A stretch of DNA of 64,000 nt, from the NCBI GenBank assembly GCA_965221905.1, contig OZ244922.1:3072001-3136000 (forward strand), written 5' to 3'. This DNA comes from Chloroflexota bacterium (GTDB lineage Bacteria > Chloroflexota > UBA11872 > VXOZ01). The stretch's first letter is position 1, and the number at the start of each line of letters is the position of its first letter. This document shows, in pieces, positions 1-10,095 of this stretch. Made by a program: the position numbers and the translations under genes. Under the pieces are notes generated by a model. That model saw only the letters and a list, made by a program, of their open reading frames with translations. It was not told the DNA's origin and did no database searches.

Positions 1-264
1 ATCGGCATCCTGTATGACAACTACGTCGCCCGTTGCGGTCGCCAAGGCGGTGCGAATAGCAGCGCCTTTTCCTCTGTTTTCAGGGTGGTAGACGATATGG
101 AAACGCTCATCCTCTAGGGCTTCAAGCACTCCGGTTGTGCCGTCCGATGAACCGTCGTCAACAACGACGATCTCTTTTTCCATAGACACGGCTGCCACGC
201 GCTCCAGAACCGCGCGCACTGTTTCGCACTCGTTATAAACCGGAATCAGAACGGAGAGCTTCAT
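1..264 (-). CDS. GT2 family glycosyltransferase (DPM1/polyprenol-phosphate glycosyltransferase-like), 3' part runs off the window
   Basis: Manual translation from ATG at 264: MKLSVLIPVYNE...EIVVVDDGSSDGT...NRGKGAAIRTAL...VVIQDAD, the canonical GT2 motifs. Not in the ORF track because truncated. Confidence 0.9.
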   Translation of the reverse strand, partial: MKLSVLIPVYNECETVRAVLERVAAVSMEKEIVVVDDGSSDGTTGVLEALEDERFHIVYHPENRGKGAAIRTALATATGDVVVIQDAD

Positions 265-555
265 TGTGGTCGCTACTTCAGTCTCAAGGGTAGACAAATC
301 GGTTGCATCAAGATTTGCGGTAGAGTTCAGAAGGCACAGTGAGGGCAATAGTCATGAGTGAATCCGCAAATCCAACGAAATCTTGAATGGGTTGGTTTAG
401 AGGCGTCCCTACTATATCATTGGGTCTGAAGCCAAGTAAATACCTACTACGCCACCGCTCGCCAGTGACAGCCCGTTCTATAAACGCGATACATGCGAGC
501 AAGAATTGCCCAGTGCCAAAACCCGCACCCTCTCTTCAGCGCCAAGGAGCACACC

Positions 556-2268
556 ATGGCCACGCCGCCGTTTACCGTAAGTATGGATCGCAATGTCGCC
601 GTGCCCATGCGTGACGGCGTTACTCTCCGCGCCGATGTGTACCGACCGCAGGCGGAAGGACCGTTTCCGGTCATTCTCACGCGCACGCCTTACAACAAGG
701 GCGCTCTGGATGGCGGCCCTTCACCGACGTACGAAGCCCTAGCCGCGGCGGGATACGTGGTAGTGGCACAGGACGTGCGCGGGCGCTACGCCTCCGACGG
801 TGAGTTCACACCGCTCTTTGCTTTTGGCTATCCGGACATCGAAGACGGCTACGATTCGGTTGAGTGGTGCGCGCAGTTAGCGGATTCGAATGGCGACGTT
901 GGCATCTTTGGCAACTCCTACGGGGGCTTCACCTCATACTGCGCCGCATTCAGCCAAGCCCCCAGCCTCCGCTGCGTCTTCGCCGAGGGCATGACTCAGC
1001 GGCTAACCGACTTTGAACCCCTCTTCCGTCCCGGCCGGCGCTTCGCCTGGTCTATGGGCACCATCGCGCCTGATATTCGCCTTAAGAAGGGCCTTCCCGG
1101 ACCGCACGCCAAGGATGCAGCCGATCAGCTCTGGGAGCGCGAACGCCACAAGTGGCTCTGGTACTTACCGCGCAAGGACATTCCCGACGACCGTTATGGC
1201 GGCTCCGTACAGGCCCGCTACTATCGCACGCTGATGACGGAAGCCGGCGTCGACACATTTCAATGGCAAGAACGCCACCAGGACGTCCGCGTACCTGTTT
1301 ACCACCGCACCGGCTGGTACGACCGGTTCGTGCGCGCAATCGATGGCTATACGCTAATGGCACAAAAGGCCGCTACGCCGGAAGCTCGCGCCGGGCAACG
1401 AGCTATGATCGGGCCGTGGGGTCACACCAGCGCTTTGCACGCCTACGAAGGCGAGTTGGATTTTGGGCCGGATGGTCTCGTGGAGCACGCCGACCTCCTG
1501 CTCCGCTGGTTCGACTATTGGCTCAAGGGCCGCGATACGGGCATCATGGACGAGGGGCCGATTAGTCTCTACATCCTGGGCGATAACACTTGGCGCAACG
1601 AGAATGAATGGCCGCTGGCGCGCACCGAGTATACCGACTACCACCTGCATAGCGACGGCAACGCCCAGACGCCCCACGGCGACGGCAGCCTTTCTCCCGC
1701 TCGGTCGGCTGAAGGAACGCCCGATCAATTCGTCTACGATCCCCGCGATCCGGTGCCCTCTTGTCATCTCATGCACGACCAAGACGGCGTCTTCGATCAG
1801 CGCGTTTTGGATTCACGCCATGACGTGCTCGTCTACCAGACTGAGCCCTTGACCGAGCCGCTGGAGGTGACCGGCGAACCGACCCTCAGACTCTACGCGG
1901 CCTCCAGCGCTGTTGACACCGACTTCACGGCCAAATTGGTAGACGTCCACCCAGACGGATTTGCGCAGAACCTTTGCTACGGGATCGTGCGCGCCCGTTA
2001 CCGCAACGGCTATACAGCGCCGCAATTGCTCACGCCGGGGCAGGTCTACGAGTTTACCGTCTCGCTCAACCCTATCGCCAATGTCTTTCAACCCGGCCAC
2101 CGCCTGCGCCTGGACATCTCCAGCAGCGATTTTCCCAATTGGGACCGCAACCTGAATACCGGCAGCGACGGCTACGCGGACGCCACAATGGTCAGCGCCC
2201 GCCAGACCGTGCTCCACGATGCAAGTCACCCGTCACGCATCACTCTGCCGGTGATCCCAAGAAAGTAA
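556..2268 (+). CDS. CocE/NonD family hydrolase (peptidase S15-like serine esterase/acylase)
   Basis: VPMRDGVTLRADVYRP, RTPYNK, QDVRGRYASDG, nucleophile GNSYGG, GPWGH, C-terminal RLDISSSDFP. ATG at 556 follows AAGGAG. Confidence 0.9.
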   Translation: MATPPFTVSMDRNVAVPMRDGVTLRADVYRPQAEGPFPVILTRTPYNKGALDGGPSPTYEALAAAGYVVVAQDVRGRYASDGEFTPLFAFGYPDIEDGYDSVEWCAQLADSNGDVGIFGNSYGGFTSYCAAFSQAPSLRCVFAEGMTQRLTDFEPLFRPGRRFAWSMGTIAPDIRLKKGLPGPHAKDAADQLWERERHKWLWYLPRKDIPDDRYGGSVQARYYRTLMTEAGVDTFQWQERHQDVRVPVYHRTGWYDRFVRAIDGYTLMAQKAATPEARAGQRAMIGPWGHTSALHAYEGELDFGPDGLVEHADLLLRWFDYWLKGRDTGIMDEGPISLYILGDNTWRNENEWPLARTEYTDYHLHSDGNAQTPHGDGSLSPARSAEGTPDQFVYDPRDPVPSCHLMHDQDGVFDQRVLDSRHDVLVYQTEPLTEPLEVTGEPTLRLYAASSAVDTDFTAKLVDVHPDGFAQNLCYGIVRARYRNGYTAPQLLTPGQVYEFTVSLNPIANVFQPGHRLRLDISSSDFPNWDRNLNTGSDGYADATMVSARQTVLHDASHPSRITLPVIPRK

Positions 2269-2288
2269 TCAGGAGGATTTATCAATGG

Positions 2289-2312
2289 GCGCAGGTTTGA
2301 AACCTACGCTAC
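2289..2312 (-). repeat. GTAG-type REP-like hairpin
   Basis: Reverse complement is GTAGCGTAGGTTTCAAACCTGCGC, nearly identical to the copy at 12029-12052. Confidence 0.65.
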
Positions 2313-2415
2313 CGTTCCGGTAAGGACTTCGCCGGAACGACATAAAAGGAGACACAGTCGAGGCACGCCTAAGAGAGGCGCGGTTAAGAACAGGATTCTG
2401 TTTACGACCGGGCTA

Positions 2416-2820
2416 TTATGTCGGCGCAACTCGGGTAAGACCCTCGATCTTGTCAAAATCCGTATCCCAGCTATAGATCTCAGTAATTTCGCGGGCATTA
2501 ATGTGCGCCACCGTATAGGCATCGGCAAAAGAGACGCGGTACTGGACAAACAGCTCAAGTGCCTTAAGACACAGTCGCTTCTCAGCGAACTGGATGCCCG
2601 GCAAGGAGATTATGTCACCTACCATTGCATGTACTTCCTCTCTGGACACGCCATACGTGCGCTGGAGCGTAAAGACAGTTTCGAAGACAACCAGCGCTGA
2701 GGTGACAACTTTCTCCTCGCCTCGCTCTATTGCCGCCAGCAGCCGCCGCGCCGCCTCCGCCATTTCCGGTTCGCTGCCCGTGAAATAGCGTAGCAGGACA
2801 TTTGTATCAAGAAAGCGCAT
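2416..2820 (-). CDS. vapC: PIN-domain toxin (VapC-like)
   Basis: MRFLDTNVLLRY, VVFETVFTL, SFADAY, YSWDTDFDKI: PIN acidic residues present. Overlaps the upstream antitoxin gene. Confidence 0.9.
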   Translation of the reverse strand: MRFLDTNVLLRYFTGSEPEMAEAARRLLAAIERGEEKVVTSALVVFETVFTLQRTYGVSREEVHAMVGDIISLPGIQFAEKRLCLKALELFVQYRVSFADAYTVAHINAREITEIYSWDTDFDKIEGLTRVAPT

Positions 2821-3088
2821 CGTCTGCCCGTTGCACGTTAGTCTCTGAGTCTTTTGCTACGCCTTCCTCAAAGGCGGCGCGCTCTTCTTGCCGGGAGAGA
2901 GCCGCTTGCGACTTTGCCGCCCCGCCAAAATGCCTCTCCACCCTGGACGGGACCGGCAGCAGGCGAACACCATCCGGCGTGGACTCGAACCTGACTAAGT
3001 CTCGCGGCTTGATGCCTAGCTTCTCTCGTATCTCAGCCGGAACGGTCACCTGACCCTTCTGCGTTACTCGAGTTTCGTAAATTCGCAC
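2807..3088 (-). CDS. AbrB/MazE/SpoVT-family antitoxin (VapB-like)
   Basis: RVTQKGQVTVPAEIREKLGIKPRDLVRF is the AbrB signature; directly upstream of the PIN gene. Confidence 0.9.
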   Translation of the reverse strand: MRIYETRVTQKGQVTVPAEIREKLGIKPRDLVRFESTPDGVRLLPVPSRVERHFGGAAKSQAALSRQEERAAFEEGVAKDSETNVQRADDALS

Positions 3089-3110
3089 GGTAATACTCCT
3101 ACACTCATTC

Positions 3111-3129
3111 TTACTAGTTGCTAAAGTAA
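3111..3129. promoter_or_regulatory. Candidate autoregulatory operator of the TA operon
   Basis: Inverted repeat TTACT-N9-AGTAA in the AT-rich stretch just upstream of the antitoxin start. Confidence 0.35.
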
Positions 3130-3366
3130 TACTATATTAAGAGTAGTACCATTGCCAAGGGTGCAACGACCGAGAGTCTGCTGGATTCAACGGCGAACGA
3201 CTGCAACTACGCTCATTCCTACGCGCCTGTGCACACACTTTGCTCTAACGCATATTGCGAAGTTGCGCTCTGCCGAATCCCTCTGCATTCGGTACAATAG
3301 ACGTTACTACCCTAAACTCGCTGCTCTATGGCGAATCCCGGACCGTTTGCGAGGCAAGATTACACC

Positions 3367-6042
3367 ATGCGCACTGACGAAATACGCCAAAGATTCCTCG
3401 ATTTCTTTGAGGAAAAAAGCCATCTTGTCATGCCCGGCTCATCGCTTGTGCCTCAGGGCGATCCCAGCGTGTTGCTGACCTCCGCAGGCATGCAACAGTT
3501 CAAGGACTATTACCTTGCGCTTGCCGATCCGCCCCGGCCTCGCATCGCCACCGTGCAGAAGTGCCTGCGCACCGATGACATTGACGAGGTGGGCGACCAA
3601 TCCCACCTCACCTTCTTCGAGATGCTGGGGAACTTCGCCTTTGGCGACTACTTCAAAGAAGAGGCCATTGCCTTCGCCTGGGAACTCGTGACAGAACGAT
3701 TCCCCTTTAAGAAGGACCAGATTTGGGCGACCGTATTCGGCGGTGAAGATGATGTCGGGCCCGATGAAGACGCCGAGCGCGCCTGGCTGGCGGTGGGCGT
3801 ACCGCCGGAGCGCATCGTGCGTTATTCGGGTTGGAAAGAAAACTGGTGGGGCCCTACCGGCGACTCCGGCCCCTGCGGCCCGTGTTCGGAAATCCACCTT
3901 GAGCTGGCGCCGAATACCGATGGCCACGACTGTCTCGGCCCGGCCTGCCCCTGCGGCCGTTTTCTCGAAATCTGGAACCTCGTCTTTAATCAATACTACT
4001 CGAGTATCAGCAACAGCCAACTGCATGCCGGCGCGCTCACGCCACTAGAAAAGGTTGGCGTGGATACCGGCGCCGGTCTGGAACGCTGGGCAGTAGTGCT
4101 CCAGGGCGTTGCCACGCCTTACGAAACAGATCTATTCAAGCCTGTCGTGCAGGGAGCCGCAGAGATGCTGGGCTGCTCGTACGGCGAAAATTCAGATCAG
4201 GACGTTAGTATCCGCATTATCTGCGAGCACGCCCGCGCCGCTGTCTTTCTCATTAGCGACGGCGTCTCGCCGGGTAACGTAGGGCGCAGCTATGTGCTGC
4301 GGCGCTTGATACGCCGTGCCATGCGCTACGCCTACCTACTCGGCCGCCGCGAACCCATGCTAGCCGGCCTGGGCCAGACTGTCATCGCGCTCATGGGGGC
4401 AGCTTATCCCGACATCCTTGCGCGCAAAGACTTCATCCTGCGCACGATTACGCAGGAAGAAGAGCGCTTCTTGCGCAACGTGAGCCAAGGTCTGCCTACT
4501 CTCAACGCGATGCTCGATAACGTGGCGTCTTTGGCGAAGTCAGCGCAAGCAGGCGGCGGAACCCTACCCGGTGCGGACGCGTTCCTGCTCCACGACTCGT
4601 ACGGCTTCCCCATCGAACTCACCAGAGAGGTCGCCGCCACGCGCGGCATTGCGGTGGATGAGGAAGCTTACCAGGCCGCGCTCCGCGAGCAGCAAGAGCG
4701 CAGCCGCCAGAGCGCCCAGTTCGAAATCGTCCAGAACCTCCCCTCGGACTTCCAAGGCGTAGATTTCACCGGCTATGAAACGACCGCCGATACCGGCATC
4801 GTCGTCGGCATTCAGCAAGGAGATGAGCGCGTCGGCAGGTTAGAGAACGGAGAACAGGGATTCATCGTCCTTGACCGCACGCCCTTCTATGCGGAAGGCG
4901 GCGGCCAAGTGGGTGATGTCGGCCGCATTGCAAGCGCCGACGGCGTATTTTGCGTCGATAACACCTACTCCCCGCAACCCGGCCTCATCATCCACCGAGG
5001 CAGCGTCGCGGAAGGCGCCATTGTTGCCGATTCTCCAGTGACGGCAACGGTAGACGATGAACGCCGCGCCAATACTGCCCGCAACCATACGACTACCCAC
5101 CTCTTGCATGCCAGCCTCCGTAGCCTGCTTGGTGACCACGTCCGGCAATCAGGTTCGCTGGTCGCGCCGGACCACCTGCGCTTTGACTTTGCCCATCCCG
5201 AGGCCCTCTCGCGTCAGGAGATCGAGGAAATCGAACGCCGCATAAACGCTCACGTCCGGTCGAATTTGCAACTTAAGACTCAGCACTTGGAAACGTCGGA
5301 AGCGGTTGCCGCCGGCGCCCAAGCGCTCTTTGGCGAAAAATACGGCGAAACCGTGCGCGTCGTCAGCATCGATGACGTGAGCAATGAGCTCTGCGGCGGC
5401 ACCCATGTGCCGGCCACCGGCACTATCGGCCTCTTCGTCATTCAGAGCGAGTCGAGCATTGGCGCCGGTCTGCGGCGCATTGAGGCGCTCACCGGCCCCG
5501 CCGCAATCCGCCACGTCCAACAACAGCATGCGCTCTTACTCGACCTTGCGAACACCTTGGAAACACCGCCCCAGGGACTTGCCGACCGTACCGCCGCCTT
5601 GCGTGAGGAACTCGCTCAACAACGGCGGCAGATCGCGCGCCTGGAGCGCGGCCAAGCGGGGCAGCAGGTGGAGCAACTCATCGCCGCTGCCTTGGACGTA
5701 GAAGGCATGAAACTCGTCGTAGGCCGTGTGGACATTCCCAACGTTGAAACCTTCCGCGAGCTTGGCGACAGAGTGAAGGATCGCCTCGGCGGCTCCGGCG
5801 CGCTGCTGCTGGGCACTGTCCTCAACGACCGCCCGCAGTTTCTCATTATGACAACCAAGGACGTGTCAAAACAGGGAGTCCATGCCGGCAATCTCGTGCG
5901 CGCGGTGGGCAAAGTGGCAGGCGGCGGCGGCGGCGGGAGTCCAGAAACGGCCCAAGCCGGCGGCCGCGACCCCGGAAAACTGGACGAGGCCCTGCAGAAG
6001 GGCGCACAGCTCATCAAAGATGCTATGACCAACATGCAGTAG
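3367..6042 (+). CDS. alaS: Alanine--tRNA ligase
   Basis: SAGMQQFK, HLTFFEMLGNF, GPCGPCSEI, EIWNLVF, TPFYAEGGGQVGD, NHTTTHLLH, ELCGGTHV, GGGGGG C-terminus. Confidence 0.98.
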   Translation: MRTDEIRQRFLDFFEEKSHLVMPGSSLVPQGDPSVLLTSAGMQQFKDYYLALADPPRPRIATVQKCLRTDDIDEVGDQSHLTFFEMLGNFAFGDYFKEEAIAFAWELVTERFPFKKDQIWATVFGGEDDVGPDEDAERAWLAVGVPPERIVRYSGWKENWWGPTGDSGPCGPCSEIHLELAPNTDGHDCLGPACPCGRFLEIWNLVFNQYYSSISNSQLHAGALTPLEKVGVDTGAGLERWAVVLQGVATPYETDLFKPVVQGAAEMLGCSYGENSDQDVSIRIICEHARAAVFLISDGVSPGNVGRSYVLRRLIRRAMRYAYLLGRREPMLAGLGQTVIALMGAAYPDILARKDFILRTITQEEERFLRNVSQGLPTLNAMLDNVASLAKSAQAGGGTLPGADAFLLHDSYGFPIELTREVAATRGIAVDEEAYQAALREQQERSRQSAQFEIVQNLPSDFQGVDFTGYETTADTGIVVGIQQGDERVGRLENGEQGFIVLDRTPFYAEGGGQVGDVGRIASADGVFCVDNTYSPQPGLIIHRGSVAEGAIVADSPVTATVDDERRANTARNHTTTHLLHASLRSLLGDHVRQSGSLVAPDHLRFDFAHPEALSRQEIEEIERRINAHVRSNLQLKTQHLETSEAVAAGAQALFGEKYGETVRVVSIDDVSNELCGGTHVPATGTIGLFVIQSESSIGAGLRRIEALTGPAAIRHVQQQHALLLDLANTLETPPQGLADRTAALREELAQQRRQIARLERGQAGQQVEQLIAAALDVEGMKLVVGRVDIPNVETFRELGDRVKDRLGGSGALLLGTVLNDRPQFLIMTTKDVSKQGVHAGNLVRAVGKVAGGGGGGSPETAQAGGRDPGKLDEALQKGAQLIKDAMTNMQ

Positions 6043-6303
6043 GCAGCGGGTACGCAAAGTCTACCAGCCTCAGTGTGTCGCGCTGCCATCCGAGCCGGGA
6101 GACTCGTGCCGCCGCGAACGATTGCTATAGAAGTCTCCGAGGTATTGTCGGCAAACCATGGCACACACATCCACCAGCGCGGCACAATGGAACAAAGGCA
6201 CGAGCATCCAATCGACACGAGGTTTCTTGTCAAAACCTCCCCCTTTCAGGCATCGTATAGAGTAAGTTGAGTGAGCAGCACTTCGTTTACAAGGAGTAAC
6301 AGC

Positions 6304-7524
6304 ATGGCACTGTCTGCAGAAGAGCAAGCGTTGTTGAATGGCGAAAAGCGCAATCTTCCCTTCCTACCCGCCCTTGGCGGCTGGTACAACGAGGAAGAAG
6401 TGGAAGCGCTGACCCAAGCGCTACGGGAGAGCATGGAATGGCGGGTGGGCTTTACCGGCAACGACATTGCGGAATTCGAGCGGGAATTCGCCGAGTATTG
6501 CGACGTCAAGTACGCATTCGCGGTCAATTCTTGCGGTACCGGCCTCGATGGGGCGATGCAAGCGCTGAATCTCGGTCCTGAAGACGAGGTCATTTTGCCT
6601 GCCATCACGTATATTGCAACCGCCCAGGCAGTCGTGGGCGTGGGCGCAAAGATCGTGCTTGCCGAGTGCCACCCCGATACCTTCAACATCGACCCTGCCG
6701 ACGTGGAGCGCCGCATGACGGCGAATACACGCGCCATTATGCCAGTGCACAACAACGGGCTCTCCGCCGACATGGACGCCCTAGCCGACATTGCCGAGCG
6801 GCATCCGCACGCAGTTCACGGCCCGGCACCGGTAGTTGGCGACGCCGCCCGCGCCGCTGGCGGCGGTTACAAGGGCACGCGCGTGGGCAAGAGAGGCGCG
6901 ATGAACATCTTCAGCTTCCAGACCACCAAGAATATGACCACCCTCGGCGAAGGCGGCATGGTAACAACGGATGACGACGACTATGCCGCCTACATCAACA
7001 GCAGCCGTTCCTTCGGCTGGGGGCTGAAAGGCTGGGGCAGCAATTACCGCCTGACGAAGCTGCAGGCCGTCGCCGGTAGGATCCAGCTTGCACGGCTCGA
7101 TGAAATGAACGACTTGCGCCGCGACCGCGCGCTGCTGCTTTCAGCGTGTTTGGCTGACGCGCCCGGCGTGATTGTTCCCCAGACCCCAGCGGGCTACGAC
7201 CACGTGTGGTACGGCTATACGGTCATGCTGGAATCAGAGTGGGCCGGTGAGCCGCGCGATAGGGTTACAGAACACATGCAGTCCGAGTACGGCGTCGGCG
7301 GCGGCGTCATGAATGCCGCGCTTCCCGACTACGACTCTATTCTTAACAAGCTCGGCCATACGCCGGAGGACGTTCCGGTCTCTACCGATATTGGTCGCCG
7401 GCTCTTCTGCCCCTCGCTCCATCCCTTGATGAGCGACGACGACGTGCGCTACGTCGCCGCATCTATCAAGGCAAGCATGCAGGAAGTCTCGGCAACCGTC
7501 GGTGTAGCAGCCGCTGCCGGGTAG
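6304..7524 (+). CDS. DegT/DnrJ/EryC1/StrS family PLP-dependent aminotransferase
   Basis: AVNSCGTGL, GPEDEVILPAITYIAT, IMPVH, SFQTTKNMTTLGEGGMV (PLP lysine), SNYRL. AAGGAG upstream. Confidence 0.9.
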   Translation: MALSAEEQALLNGEKRNLPFLPALGGWYNEEEVEALTQALRESMEWRVGFTGNDIAEFEREFAEYCDVKYAFAVNSCGTGLDGAMQALNLGPEDEVILPAITYIATAQAVVGVGAKIVLAECHPDTFNIDPADVERRMTANTRAIMPVHNNGLSADMDALADIAERHPHAVHGPAPVVGDAARAAGGGYKGTRVGKRGAMNIFSFQTTKNMTTLGEGGMVTTDDDDYAAYINSSRSFGWGLKGWGSNYRLTKLQAVAGRIQLARLDEMNDLRRDRALLLSACLADAPGVIVPQTPAGYDHVWYGYTVMLESEWAGEPRDRVTEHMQSEYGVGGGVMNAALPDYDSILNKLGHTPEDVPVSTDIGRRLFCPSLHPLMSDDDVRYVAASIKASMQEVSATVGVAAAAG

Positions 7525-7827
7525 AACACTATTCGCGGCGTCGCGCGAATCGACAACGGGAAGAACGTTCAATACATGGCTGGGTGGGATGCGCTTAGTG
7601 TTGCGCACACCACCCAGCCCTTGTTTCCCTACGTTATCCTGCCTTAAGAACCCTCGGCGACCGTGCCCGCGCCCCCTCCCGCAGTTGCGTCCATGTTCCG
7701 ATTGCTCTACATTTGGAGAAAAGAGTGAATCTCCCCACATAGTCTTTTGTGTGCGGTTCGGGAAGCAGCATGGCAATAGTCTCGTCTAACCGCCGCATTC
7801 AAGCCTTAGTCAGGATGGCATAGCTCG

Positions 7828-8589
7828 GTGTTGCTCGTTTTCAATGTCTGGCGCAGAGCGCTTGGCATGCATTACTATGACTTCTTCACCATCATCAGAG
7901 GCAACATTCTCTGGGCGCTGCTCTGTTTGCCATACGCGCTCTATACCTACGTTGCCCTTGTGCCGATTATTACGGACTCCGCTGAGACTGCGCGGGACAC
8001 GTCACCGATCTTCCTGGGTATCTCCTATTTGATCGCCTCGCTCGTACTGCTTGCACTCGCCGGACCGGCCACTGCGGCCCTCTATGATTACGCCGCTAGG
8101 TCACTCGCCAGCGAGGCCGTGGACATGCGGACGTACGTGCAGAGCCTCCGCACGCACTTCATCAAAGGGTACCTGCTCGCAGCGCTCGACCTCTTGATCC
8201 TCGCTGCGCTCGTGCTCAACACCTGGTTCTATCTGACGGCGGACATTCCCCAGCTCATGCGCGCACTTAGCATAATCTTCTTCTGGGGCATTGTGTTCTG
8301 GGTCGCAATTCAACCGTATCTCTTCTCCGTAATGATTAGGCTCGACACCTCCGTGCTGCAGACGTTTCGCAACGCCGTCTTGTTGGCGCTCGACAATCTC
8401 GGCGTTACTATCGGCCTTATCGGCGTGCAACTCGTGATGCTTTTCTTCTTCGTCCCGCTCTTCGCCATTGCGTATCCGGTTTTGGGCGGCTCTATCTTTG
8501 CCCATACCCACGTGGGGGTGCTGAACGAGCTCCTTGACCAATACGAGGAAAAGCGCGGCGGCGCAAATCCAGTGCAAAGAGACTCTTGA
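7828..8589 (+). CDS. Integral membrane protein, DUF624/YesL-like
   Basis: About 6 hydrophobic segments and a GPATAALY motif; directly upstream of a sugar-ABC ATPase. Confidence 0.6.
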   Translation: MLLVFNVWRRALGMHYYDFFTIIRGNILWALLCLPYALYTYVALVPIITDSAETARDTSPIFLGISYLIASLVLLALAGPATAALYDYAARSLASEAVDMRTYVQSLRTHFIKGYLLAALDLLILAALVLNTWFYLTADIPQLMRALSIIFFWGIVFWVAIQPYLFSVMIRLDTSVLQTFRNAVLLALDNLGVTIGLIGVQLVMLFFFVPLFAIAYPVLGGSIFAHTHVGVLNELLDQYEEKRGGANPVQRDS

Positions 8590-8599
8590 GGAGGAACGG

Positions 8600-9772
8600 A
8601 TGGCAAACCTCACTCTTGAAGGAGCGACCAAATCGTACAAGAGGCCAAAACCTCAATCTTGGAGGAACATATTCTCGCGAATCCGCGGTGGAGAAGCGTC
8701 CGACGTAGCGGTCGCTGACACTGCTGATACTGAAGAAGACCTGATCTACGCACTCAACGGGCTCGATCTCCAAATCGATGACGGAGAGTCGGTGAGTGTG
8801 CTGGGACCGTCGGGCTGCGGCAAGACTGCTCTGCTACGAATCCTGGCCGGTCTGGAATACTTGGATGGGGGCAAGGTCTTCTTCGATGGGGAAGATATGA
8901 CGACTGTGAGCCCCCAAGACCGCAATGTCGCCATGGTTTTCCAGGACTACGCCCTATACCCCCATTGGGCCGCGCAGGATAACCTGGGATTCTTCTATAA
9001 AACACACCAACGCAAGGACGAGATTCCCGAGCGTGTGCGCTTGACCGCACGGGTCATGGGGCTTGGATTTGAAACGCTCCTCAGCCAGAAGCCGCCCAAA
9101 CTCTCCGGCGGCCAACAGCAGCGTGTGGCTATCGCGCGCGCGATCATTCGCGATCCGCGTGCATTCCTTTTCGATGAACCGCTTTCGAACCTGGACGCAA
9201 CAGTACGCGCGCGTACCCGCGTCGAGATCAAGCGTCTCATCCAGCGATTCGGCATTACCTCGGTCTATGTGACCCACGATCAGGCCGAAGCCTTTACCAT
9301 GGGCGACCGCATCGCCGTGATGCATAAAGGCCGGATTTTGCAGGTAGATAGTCGCAGCCAACTCATCGAACGTCCGCTCAGCCTCTTCGTCGCCGACTTC
9401 ATCACAGTGCCGTCCATGAACTTGCTGCCCGGCGTCGTGTACAGAGAGTACGTGGATACACACGACCGCAAGGTGATACCGCCGCCAATTGTGCTGCATC
9501 AGCATCAGGCCGAGAGAGTAACTATTGGCATTCGCCCTATGGACGTGGTGCTGCGCCCCGAGAACGAAGAGGACACGATTCCCGCCAAGATCGAGACTGT
9601 GGAACCGCTGATGAGCGACCGCGCGGTGCTACTTACGGTGCGCGTTGGGCGCTACACCTACCGTATCCAGCGCCCGCAGACCGAGCATCACGAGCCCGAC
9701 TCGCTCATCTTCATGGAGATCCCCGCCCACTGCCAGCACGTCTTCGATAGCCAGGGACGACGGGTGAATTAG
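8600..9772 (+). CDS. Carbohydrate ABC transporter ATP-binding protein (MalK/MsiK-like)
   Basis: Walker A GPSGCGKT, VAMVFQDYALYPH, LSGGQQQRVAIARA, FLFDEPLSNLD, YVTHDQAEA. Confidence 0.92.
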   Translation: MANLTLEGATKSYKRPKPQSWRNIFSRIRGGEASDVAVADTADTEEDLIYALNGLDLQIDDGESVSVLGPSGCGKTALLRILAGLEYLDGGKVFFDGEDMTTVSPQDRNVAMVFQDYALYPHWAAQDNLGFFYKTHQRKDEIPERVRLTARVMGLGFETLLSQKPPKLSGGQQQRVAIARAIIRDPRAFLFDEPLSNLDATVRARTRVEIKRLIQRFGITSVYVTHDQAEAFTMGDRIAVMHKGRILQVDSRSQLIERPLSLFVADFITVPSMNLLPGVVYREYVDTHDRKVIPPPIVLHQHQAERVTIGIRPMDVVLRPENEEDTIPAKIETVEPLMSDRAVLLTVRVGRYTYRIQRPQTEHHEPDSLIFMEIPAHCQHVFDSQGRRVN

Positions 9773-9872
9773 CGCTCTTGCCATTTAAGGCTGTTGCGTA
9801 AGCCTGATTGAGCACAAGAGTTCCCTCTGACTGCGAAGTGGGATCGATTCTCTTCCTCAGAAGTACTTGGGT

Positions 9873-9900
9873 GTAGGGGCACGACATGTCGTGCCCCTAC
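9873..9900. repeat. Perfect 28-bp palindrome, GTAG-type REP
   Basis: GTAGGGGCACGACATGTCGTGCCCCTAC is its own reverse complement; lies between convergent genes. Confidence 0.8.
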
Positions 9901-10095
9901 CGTTCAACCCTTTCCTCCAAAGGACACCACCGCGCGAGGGTGAAACCTCGAGTATCACAGCCAATGTCGCTTGCTGGGCGGAGATGTGCGGGCCTCCACT
10001 GGAGATGCGCTCGCTCAATCTACTTAGGCGAACTCCCGTTGAATAAGCCCAAGGGAGCTAACGCATTTGCGAGATTAGCGAAAAACCCACGCACA

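Noticed and set aside
308-502. 64-aa minus-strand ORF in an AT-richer intergenic stretch
   Set aside because: TTG start without RBS and no recognisable motif; likely divergent promoter region.
3150-3366. T-box leader upstream of alaS
   Set aside because: No GGTGGNACCGCG T-box sequence or terminator.
7745-7775. GGAAGCAGCAT resembling SRP RNA domain IV
   Set aside because: The required upstream TCAGGTCCGGAA half and long flanking stem are absent.
9787-10037. Possible MITE around the 28-bp palindrome (GATTGAGC...GCTCAATC inverted match)
   Set aside because: Ends too degenerate and no target-site duplication found.
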